From: a virus
Taxonomy: Duplodnaviria > Caudoviricetes
IMG/VR virus record: IMGVR_UViG_3300020003_000003
Span: 1-47,472 of that record
Length of the DNA: 47,472 nucleotides
Direction: 5' to 3' (one strand)
Below, piece after piece: positions 40,874 to 47,472 of the stretch. Position 1 is the stretch's first letter. The number at the start of each line of letters is the position of its first letter. The notes beneath the pieces were generated by a model. That model ran no database searches. It was given only the letters and a program-made list of their open reading frames with translations, and was not told the origin of the DNA. The position numbers were made by a program, and so were the translations under genes.

Positions 40874-40999
40874 CCAAAACGCCGATATGGCTGTCATACC
40901 AGATGCATCCCAAGATCACACACACCAGATCCACTTTGAGCCCCGACGTTCTGCGTGTCTGGGCGGCCATTCAGGCAGCCATCTCTAAGGAGATCAAAA

Positions 41000-41386
41000 G
41001 TGCCCAAGACAACCAACCCCGAGAGATGGGCCGAGATCAGGAAACATCTGGGAACAGACCAATTCAGGCTGTTGTGGATAAAGCCTGAGGAGAATGTACT
41101 GCTGGGCTGGTGGAAGATTTGTGATTATCTAGGGGTAAAGGACAGGAAAACACTGCAAATTTGGGTCGATGAGTGGGCCCTACCAGCCATCAAGAGGCCC
41201 GATGGAGTATGGATGACCACTATGACCAGTATCGATCAGTGGATTATGCTGGCCAGTCAGACACAATACGAGAATAGGACCAACAATGGCGAGACCACCG
41301 GCCAAAGACGGGCACTTAAAGCACAGCTTAAGGCACAAACCAAGATGGAACGGGGACCAACTCAGGGCCCAGTTGAGCCTGTATGA
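41000..41386 (+). CDS. Excisionase/MerR-like winged-HTH DNA-binding protein
   Basis: LLGWWKICDYLGV..RKTLQ.W.....LP; TAAGGAG RBS before GTG 41000. Confidence 0.65.
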   Translation: MPKTTNPERWAEIRKHLGTDQFRLLWIKPEENVLLGWWKICDYLGVKDRKTLQIWVDEWALPAIKRPDGVWMTTMTSIDQWIMLASQTQYENRTNNGETTGQRRALKAQLKAQTKMERGPTQGPVEPV

Positions 41387-41669
41387 TAGGAGGCCTTTCC
41401 TCGATCTGTTGGCTGAGTGGCTGGAGTGCTCTCCAGACCCAGAAGACATTAAGCGGTTTGCCTCTAAATATCCAGATAGATATGCAGGCGCAATTAGGCA
41501 GCTGGCGCAGATAGGCGGCTTTACTGAGAAGAGGGAGGTCTCAGTAGATGTCCATGTCAACATACGTACTCTCAGTGACAGTCAGCTGGAGGATAGGCTG
41601 AAACAACTAACTGGTGAACTGGGAATGCCTCAGATAATAGACGAAACTGCTGAGGTGATTGAAGAATAA
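41286..41669 (+). CDS. Terminase small subunit candidate
   Basis: C-terminal GGFTEKREV...LSDSQLEDRLKQL resembles TerS oligomerisation/C-terminal segments. Confidence 0.5.
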   Translation: MARPPAKDGHLKHSLRHKPRWNGDQLRAQLSLYDRRPFLDLLAEWLECSPDPEDIKRFASKYPDRYAGAIRQLAQIGGFTEKREVSVDVHVNIRTLSDSQLEDRLKQLTGELGMPQIIDETAEVIEE

Positions 41670-41918
41670 GATGAAATAAAATGATCTGATTTGAAATCTT
41701 AAAAGCGTCAGCGGAATGCTTATATTAATAGAATAAAAATCTGAGATGATATCGGCCACTTGGCCAATATACAGCGTCTAATTCGATCACATTAAGTTGA
41801 TTGAGAATTCGCACTAGCTGCCATCAAAATGCCACAATCATAGCGCATATTGGTCTGGTCAGACGGGCATCCCGCCCATCTGGTCGACAAGGGACCATCC
41901 GCAAGGGTGGACAATACA

Positions 41919-42380
41919 ATGTCTAATATCGACCAAGCCACTGTTGCCAATGAGACACCAGTTGCCGAGACGACACCTCGTCTTCGTGAGATCCCGGCAG
42001 GTGAAAACTTTTCGGCGGTGACCCAGTACCTCGGCGATAAGAAGGTGAACGCTGTCTTCGCCATCCGCCGCGCCGAGGGCAAGCCGCGCTTCGAAAAGAA
42101 GTGTCTATTCGACTTCAGTGGTGTGACCGAGGAGCAACTGTATCTCCTCGCGATGTACGGTGCTAAGGTGAAGATCCAGTCACGACTTCGTGATGTAGGC
42201 GAAGCCGAAATGCTGGACCCCAACACGTTGGCCACAGTGGACGTGCTAGCAGACGTGGTTCAGGCGCCACGTAACAGTGTCGACAGCGTCACTGCTGCAA
42301 TCCGGCTACTCGCCCGGAAGTCCGGCGCCACTGAGGATGACGTTAGGGAGGCCTTGGCCTCGTTCGTTGCAACCGAGTAA
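41919..42380 (+). CDS. Hypothetical protein (monocistronic, host-like codon usage)
   Basis: Start MSNIDQ after an AT-rich region; followed by a hairpin. Confidence 0.65.
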   Translation: MSNIDQATVANETPVAETTPRLREIPAGENFSAVTQYLGDKKVNAVFAIRRAEGKPRFEKKCLFDFSGVTEEQLYLLAMYGAKVKIQSRLRDVGEAEMLDPNTLATVDVLADVVQAPRNSVDSVTAAIRLLARKSGATEDDVREALASFVATE

Positions 42381-42404
42381 CAGTGCCCTAAAAAGCCCTC
42401 GATG

Positions 42405-42432
42405 GAAGTGGCCCCTTGAACGGGGCCATTTC
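42405..42432 (+). terminator. Hairpin, probable terminator
   Basis: GAAGTGGCCCC-TTGAAC-GGGGCCATTTC downstream of the stop. Confidence 0.55.
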
Positions 42433-42700
42433 TGCGTGTGTTCCCCATCTGTCTCGGTGTGTCATGCCTACCATAGGGGCGTAATTGACACTAACGGAGG
42501 CAATAAACACTGCTCAAGGCAACACTGTCACCCCAAAACAGCGTAGTAAAAATGTCACTCTTAGGAGGGGGGCCGTAGGGTGGGATGTTCGTAGGGCGAA
42601 TCAGTAGGCCATGGACACTGGCGCCAGCGCATATACCACCAGTCATTTGTAGATGATTGCTGTTGGTTGCACTGCACCATTCTGCGGTCCAACCCGGCTA

Positions 42701-42729
42701 TTGACATGGCCCCCTGGCCATGCGAGGCT
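42701..42729 (+). promoter_or_regulatory. Possible sigma70-type promoter
   Basis: TTGACA-17 nt-GAGGCT with TG extension; the predicted start site falls near ATG 42736. Confidence 0.4.
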
Positions 42730-42735
42730 GCCAAA

Positions 42736-43056
42736 ATGGGACGATGGATAGACATCCCCGGTCAACTCAGCCGGATTGAGCGCAAGATCAATCTTCTGCT
42801 GCAAATGGAGCATCGCATGTCACAGGAAATGGACGAACTTAAGGCGGCAGTCGCAGCTGAGACGACTGTCGGCGACTCCGTTGTCGCTTTACTGACGGAT
42901 ATCAGCGCCCGACTCAACGACGCAGTCAACAACGGCGACACTGCCGCCATCAAGGCCCTCACTGCCGAGCTGACTGCCAATAAGGAGAAGCTCGCAGCTG
43001 CCGTTCTGACGAACACCCCCGCCGCCAAGGTGGAACCTCCGGTTCCCAGCCCCTAA
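42736..43056 (+). CDS. Ala-rich coiled-coil protein (alternative start 42817 with GGAG RBS)
   Basis: MDELKAAVAAETTV.DS..ALL...LAAAV.TNTP helical hairpin. Confidence 0.65.
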   Translation: MGRWIDIPGQLSRIERKINLLLQMEHRMSQEMDELKAAVAAETTVGDSVVALLTDISARLNDAVNNGDTAAIKALTAELTANKEKLAAAVLTNTPAAKVEPPVPSP

Positions 43057-43373
43057 CGATTTCTACCCTTGGGGAGACCAGAAGGCCAGGCAGGTTCGCC
43101 CTGTCTGGCCGTTCTTGTTTTGGGCGGCAGCAGGTTGGCCACGCTGGCTGCAGATTGAGCCCAGGGGCCATCCCTTGGGGGAGTAGCCCCCAGGGTATCC
43201 GCTGCCCAGCGGCGACGCTTCCCCTTGGGAGCCCCCATCTTGTCGTGTCTGGCCAGCATGGCCCAGGGATTGGCCCCTCCCGCTCCAATCGACTCCAGGG
43301 GCTTCGGAGGTTTCTCCTCCGGGTTGTCCCAGGGCTTGATCTGGACCTTACTTCCAGTCGGTTTTAGTTCCAT
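43053..43373 (-). CDS. Hypothetical Pro-rich protein (uncertain)
   Basis: GGGAG upstream; low complexity; overlaps a terminator. Confidence 0.35.
   Translation of the reverse strand: MELKPTGSKVQIKPWDNPEEKPPKPLESIGAGGANPWAMLARHDKMGAPKGKRRRWAADTLGATPPRDGPWAQSAASVANLLPPKTRTARQGEPAWPSGLPKGRNR
43084..43121 (+). terminator. Rho-independent terminator
   Basis: GGCCAGGCAGG-TTCGC-CCTGTCTGGCC followed by GTTCTTGTTTT. Confidence 0.7.
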
Positions 43374-43391
43374 CGGTCGCTACGCTCCCGA

Positions 43392-43649
43392 TTAGCTCAG
43401 GGCATGGAGGTCTGCCTGCAGGTAGCCTGGTCTAGGTGTCTGCTGGACCCCAGCAGCCACCGGCCTCTCCTGGATGATATGGTTCAACTCAGCGTCGATC
43501 TCTTCATATGTCGCAGCGGCACAGGTCGCGTTGGCCAGCTGTATCCCTCCGATAAGGGCCCACTTGACACAGGGACTGTTGACCAGGCCAGCTGCCTGCA
43601 AGGTGTTGATAGAGGTCAGGATAGCTGCATTGAGGGCGGGATTGATCAT
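43392..43649 (-). CDS. Hypothetical protein
   Basis: GGAG upstream; amphipathic helical pattern. Confidence 0.5.
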   Translation of the reverse strand: MINPALNAAILTSINTLQAAGLVNSPCVKWALIGGIQLANATCAAATYEEIDAELNHIIQERPVAAGVQQTPRPGYLQADLHALS

Positions 43650-43977
43650 CTTCTTCGATCTCCATAGCTGTCAAACCACCACATCACCAGAGCCAGCAAA
43701 ACACAGGCCCCTGCGAGGAAGCATAGAGCCCCCCACAGTTCGAGGCTGGCAGCATCTGCTACCTCCTGCTGTCTAGCGATGATCCATGCTATCTTGTGAT
43801 CCATCGCCTTGACTATATACCAGCCGGCGATGAAAGTCCCAACGCGGCGTCCCCCACCCTCCGGGTTGGATCACCACAAAGGTCCTGGCTGATAACCAGG
43901 CAAGGGGACAGTCTCTGACAGGGAAGAACCCGCGGCAGGCATCAGGTGAAATGACCGATGACAACGAGGAGATAGCC

Positions 43978-44020
43978 GGGGTGCTGGTTCAGCGACAATT
44001 GCTGGTTAAGCCAGCACCCC
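43978..44020 (-). terminator. Hairpin after the outer-membrane-protein gene
   Basis: GGGGTGCTGG...CCAGCACCCC 10-bp stem with an inner stem; no clear U-tract. Confidence 0.45.
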
Positions 44021-44027
44021 ACCTATA

Positions 44028-44630
44028 TCATTGAAACTTGAAGGCAATGCCAAGACGGCCGATTGTCTGATCTCCCGCCTCCCCGCTGAAGCGGTATTGC
44101 AGCACTTCCAACCGTAGAGCCGTATTCTTCGTCATGTCCATCTCGACGCCGGCTCCATAGACACCGCCCATTCCGTCTGCTCTGTCAGACAAGGCCGCTC
44201 CTCCAGTGACGTAGACCATCGCCGCTATGGTCTGTACTGGAAAGATACCAACGCGTAGCCGGCCGCTGGCATTCCAGTCACTGCTTAGGGACTCAAAGAA
44301 AGAAGGAGCGACGGCCACTTCACTGAAATGTGTCCTGACATAGTCGACTTCGACGCCGAAGGCAAATGTCTGGTTCGGCCTGACCATATATCCAGCAAAG
44401 CCGCCCCAGACAAACCCGCTGTCTCGAGCATCTAAGAAGTCACCCTCCAGATCGGCCCGCCCCCAGCCAGCCAGCAGCCCGGCGTAGCCATAGGCGGTAG
44501 CCTGAAAGGTGGTGTTGATTGGGTCGAACTTCGACATTCTCCTGTCTGGAAGACCATCTGCCCTTCCGTGGCAGCTTGTGCATGCCAACAGCGAAACTGC
44601 CATTATAGCCGATGTCATGATCTTCAGCAT
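44028..44630 (-). CDS. Outer-membrane 8-stranded beta-barrel protein (Omp25/Omp31/RopB-like)
   Basis: Signal peptide; GYAGLLAGW, GGFAGY, FGVEVDY, SGRLRVG, VYVTGG, GAGVEM, LRLE; C-terminal RLGIAFKF. Confidence 0.87.
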   Translation of the reverse strand: MLKIMTSAIMAVSLLACTSCHGRADGLPDRRMSKFDPINTTFQATAYGYAGLLAGWGRADLEGDFLDARDSGFVWGGFAGYMVRPNQTFAFGVEVDYVRTHFSEVAVAPSFFESLSSDWNASGRLRVGIFPVQTIAAMVYVTGGAALSDRADGMGGVYGAGVEMDMTKNTALRLEVLQYRFSGEAGDQTIGRLGIAFKFQ

Positions 44631-44802
44631 AGTTGTGTTCCCTTCTGAGGGGGACAAGAGGTTCCCCTCCCCCTCTCCACTCCATCAACGCGCAGTAGAC
44701 CCCATGGTGCATTCCATCTAGTCCGTCCAGACGATACCAGCCTGCCCTCCGGTGGTCATCGACTTGGGCGTGCGGCACGTATTTTACCCAGGTGTGTGTC
44801 AT
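44440..44802 (-). CDS. Hypothetical protein; C-terminus overlaps the OMP gene
   Basis: ATGA-coupled to the RNR stop; KYVPH..V...GW...HHG.Y..LMEW. Confidence 0.45.
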   Translation of the reverse strand: MTHTWVKYVPHAQVDDHRRAGWYRLDGLDGMHHGVYCALMEWRGGGEPLVPLRREHNYAEDHDIGYNGSFAVGMHKLPRKGRWSSRQENVEVRPNQHHLSGYRLWLRRAAGWLGAGRSGG

Positions 44803-46502
44803 GCGGAGCACACCCCAGATGCGCACTCCATCGGCTGCAACAAACCAGCTCGTTTTCCGCCATCCTGGAACGTCGCACATCCCTTGGCTCCTCTCCTCCA
44901 TGCTTGCATGTAGAGCTCCTTAAAGTCGGGCCAAGGCATATCAGATGGAACGTTGCATGTCTTAGAGACGGCACTGTCGACATGCTTTTGAACTGCTGTT
45001 AGAACGGCGATATGATCCTCAGCAGTGACCTCGAGAGCTGTCTTCGGGACAATTCCCAGGTTGCGGAAGCCATAATCGTAGATAGTGTGAGTCTCAGGCC
45101 CTTCCGTCATCTCAACAATCCGCTGGCTCTTAGTCGAGAATGTCGGTTCTATGCCAGAAGAGATGTTGTCCATGCACATAGAGATGGTGCCAGTAGGGGC
45201 GATGCTGGTCAGATGACTGTTTCGGAGACCATGTTGATTGATCGCGTCCTGTACTTTAATAGATAATCCCCTTATAAAGGGTCGAGCCATATAGGGTTCG
45301 TGTTGATAACTAGGAAATCGCCCCTTCTCCTTTGCCAGCATAGCGCTATGATGATAGGCCTCATTCTTCAAAACTGTCATAACCCTATCTGTCTGGTCGA
45401 TAAATTCCGTCGTCCCGTAGGGATAGCCGCACGCCTCTACCGCATTGGCCAGCCCCATTACACCTAGACCCATCCGCCTTGTCCTGATCGCCATCTGCCT
45501 CTGTTCTGGGAGAGGATAAGCCGCAACATCTACAACATTGTCCATTGCTCTTACAACAGGGCCAACGTCCTCCGCAAGCCGGTCCAATTCTAGAGTATAC
45601 TTGCCTCCTCCTACAATGCTGAGCCCCACAGGACCTGCCTTCGGCCTCAAGTATTTCACCAAATTGAAGGAGCCCAGCAAACAAGCTCCAAACGGTGGGA
45701 GGGGCTGTTCTGAACATGGGTTGGTTGCTCCTATAGTTTCGCAGTAGCTGAGGTTGTTCATCCTGTTGATGGTATCTATGAAGATCACCCCTGGTTCTCC
45801 CCAGTCCCAGGTACTCCTCATGATGGTCTCCCAGAGGGCCCTAGCATCTACATGCCGAAAAGTGCGGCCCTCGAATTGCAGGGGAAAGTCTTCCCCCCTC
45901 TCAACCGCCGCCATAAAGGCATCAGTAACAGCAATACTTAGATTAAATCTGTTGAGCTGGTTGGTGTTCTGCTTGGCATGGATGAACTCTTCAATATCAG
46001 GGTGATCAACTCTAAGAATGCCCATCTGTGCTCCGCGACGTTCTCCAGTGCTGGCGATGGTGGCTCCGGCAGCGTTAAATATAGCCATAAAAGCCACAGG
46101 CCCAGTAGAATGACTATCCAAACTGCGGACCAGGCTGCCACGCGGGCGAAGAGTGCTAAAATCGTAACCAATGCCGCCTCCTCTGCGCATAGTCTCGACG
46201 GCCTGGTCTAAGCGGTCCATAATGGAGTCTGGACCTCTCAGCTTATCCTCAATAACCCCTGATACGAAGCAGTTATAGGGTGTAACTTTCTTAGTCGTCC
46301 CCAAGCTAGATAGGATACGGCCCCCAGGCGAGAAGCGCCCTTCCAGCATGATCGACCGAAAGGCCCTATAGTGACCGTCGTTGTCAGCCAATCCAGAAGA
46401 GACCCGATTGCATACATCCCTATAGGTCTCACCCTTCTGGGCGTACTTCTGCTGGAAGATGGCTAGCGAAGAAGCGGTCTGTGGGCCATTCGATGAGGGC
46501 AT
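44799..46502 (-). CDS. nrdJ: Ribonucleotide reductase, class II (adenosylcobalamin-dependent)
   Basis: NCF, GGGIGYDFS.LRP.G, RRGAQMG, TNPCSEQPL, CLLGS, APTGTIS, GIEP and C-terminal CxxxxC; no ATP cone and no beta subunit in the genome. Confidence 0.88.
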   Translation of the reverse strand: MPSSNGPQTASSLAIFQQKYAQKGETYRDVCNRVSSGLADNDGHYRAFRSIMLEGRFSPGGRILSSLGTTKKVTPYNCFVSGVIEDKLRGPDSIMDRLDQAVETMRRGGGIGYDFSTLRPRGSLVRSLDSHSTGPVAFMAIFNAAGATIASTGERRGAQMGILRVDHPDIEEFIHAKQNTNQLNRFNLSIAVTDAFMAAVERGEDFPLQFEGRTFRHVDARALWETIMRSTWDWGEPGVIFIDTINRMNNLSYCETIGATNPCSEQPLPPFGACLLGSFNLVKYLRPKAGPVGLSIVGGGKYTLELDRLAEDVGPVVRAMDNVVDVAAYPLPEQRQMAIRTRRMGLGVMGLANAVEACGYPYGTTEFIDQTDRVMTVLKNEAYHHSAMLAKEKGRFPSYQHEPYMARPFIRGLSIKVQDAINQHGLRNSHLTSIAPTGTISMCMDNISSGIEPTFSTKSQRIVEMTEGPETHTIYDYGFRNLGIVPKTALEVTAEDHIAVLTAVQKHVDSAVSKTCNVPSDMPWPDFKELYMQAWRRGAKGCATFQDGGKRAGLLQPMECASGVCSA

Positions 46503-46657
46503 GGTACACTCCCGGAGATGAAATGGCTGGATTGTGGCGGCTGGGCGACCATTATATGACGGACGGTGTGTCCTTCCAAACACATTCGTCAGAAAGGCCC
46601 AGAAAATGGGACAAAAAATTTAGTTTGGGCGTGTCAAGTCTGCCACATGGAGGCACC

Positions 46658-46753
46658 GTGGTCCGAGATATCACCGCTGGCATCATCCTAATCAGTATAG
46701 TCCTGGTCATTGCACTAGGTCTATACGAGTTCATGGGATGGGTCTTCCGATGA
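46658..46753 (+). CDS. 31-aa membrane peptide upstream of TerL
   Basis: GGAGG RBS, GTG start, ATGA overlap with TerL; one hydrophobic helix. Confidence 0.5.
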   Translation: MVRDITAGIILISIVLVIALGLYEFMGWVFR

Positions 46754-47472
46754 ACCGCTTTGAGAAGGAGCAGTTGCTAGCAGTAGCAGAGGAACTGGCT
46801 GCTCGCAGAGGGGCAGACCCCCTGATGACCTATCCCCTGCACGAAAAACAAAGAGCCTTCGTCAACAGCGTCCTTCAGATGAGAGCGAAGGAGAACTGGT
46901 TTATAGCCGCCAACCGATCGGGGAAGAGTGATGCAGGAGCTTATCTGGGAGCCCATCTGGCCAGATTTGGAGCACCAGGGGTTCAGGAGGGACCCAGGGC
47001 AACATCTGGCTGGGTATCAGCCCTCGACTTTCCAACATCAAGGGATGTCATCCAACCCAAGTACTTCAACAACGGCTTCGTCCCTCCGGGACAGGTACAC
47101 GCACCCTTTATTCCTGATCGAGAAATCGAGCAGTGGAGGGTCGACGACCAGATTTTGAAGCTGAAGAACGGTTCTATAGTCGGCTTCAAGAGCGCTGACA
47201 GCGGCCGGCGGAAGTATCAAGGCTCTGAAAAAGACTGGTTCCACATGGATGAGGAGCATCCGTGGGAAATCTATGAAGAGGCGGTAATCCGGGTTGGGGC
47301 CAGGCCCTTGCTTTTCTTTTGTACCGCGACGATCCTCCCACCGGAGGGCATCTCGACAACAACCTCCTGGGTGTTCTCCAAGATAATCCAGCCGTTCAAA
47401 GACGGCACCCTCAAGCATGCAAATGTCTTTGGAGCGTCCATCTATGATAACCCAGGAATATCTCGTGATGAG
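46750..47472 (+). CDS. terL: Terminase large subunit, N-terminal ATPase part (continues at the left end)
   Basis: Open from ATG 46750 to the end of the window; HEKQ, Walker A AANRSGKS, Walker B WFHMDEE and coupling motif TAT. Confidence 0.92.
   Translation, partial: MNRFEKEQLLAVAEELAARRGADPLMTYPLHEKQRAFVNSVLQMRAKENWFIAANRSGKSDAGAYLGAHLARFGAPGVQEGPRATSGWVSALDFPTSRDVIQPKYFNNGFVPPGQVHAPFIPDREIEQWRVDDQILKLKNGSIVGFKSADSGRRKYQGSEKDWFHMDEEHPWEIYEEAVIRVGARPLLFFCTATILPPEGISTTTSWVFSKIIQPFKDGTLKHANVFGASIYDNPGISRDE
47332..47472. repeat. Terminal direct repeat (assembly circularisation overlap), right copy
   Basis: 141 nt matching 1-140 with one extra G that keeps the TerL frame. Confidence 0.95.

Noticed and set aside
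41000-41386. Integration/excision module implied by the excisionase-like HTH
   Set aside because: No tyrosine or serine recombinase was recognised anywhere in the complete genome; the protein is more likely a transcriptional or packaging regulator.
43650-43977. Possible tRNA or small ORF (43773-43964) in a poorly coding stretch
   Set aside because: No cloverleaf or T-loop consensus found by eye and no convincing start context; left unannotated.

Overview
The window is an apparently complete, circularly permuted genome of a tailed dsDNA phage (about 47.33 kb unique). The first 140 nt are repeated as the last 141 nt, and the assembly break falls inside the large terminase. The + strand from 46.7 kb around to 23.9 kb carries a podovirus-type morphogenesis arm: TerL, portal, scaffold, major capsid, tail tube/nozzle, two tail fibres, holin/spanin-like genes and large internal (ejection) proteins. 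The - strand from 40.6 kb down to 23.8 kb carries early and replication genes: SF3/D5-type helicase, many small ORFs, PD-(D/E)XK exonuclease, Acb2-like sponge, AAA_24 ATPase, DUF669 SSB-like protein, ParB-methyltransferase fusion and Endo VII. It also carries a family A DNA polymerase that has an N-terminal UDG-like domain and is split into two genes separated by a MazG-like gene, a GH25 endolysin and a HigA-like HTH. A class II ribonucleotide reductase and an Omp25/RopB-like outer-membrane protein suggest an alphaproteobacterial (Hyphomicrobiales-like) host; this is inference. No integrase, tRNA, CRISPR array or recognisable primase was seen. The most notable observations are: the cleanly split UDG-PolA with His at position 762; an exact 24-bp palindrome-containing element present both near the putative origin and upstream of the ParB-MTase; two intergenic tandem-hairpin elements with a shared architecture; and anti-defence candidates. 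All family assignments come from motif recognition by eye, not from database searches.
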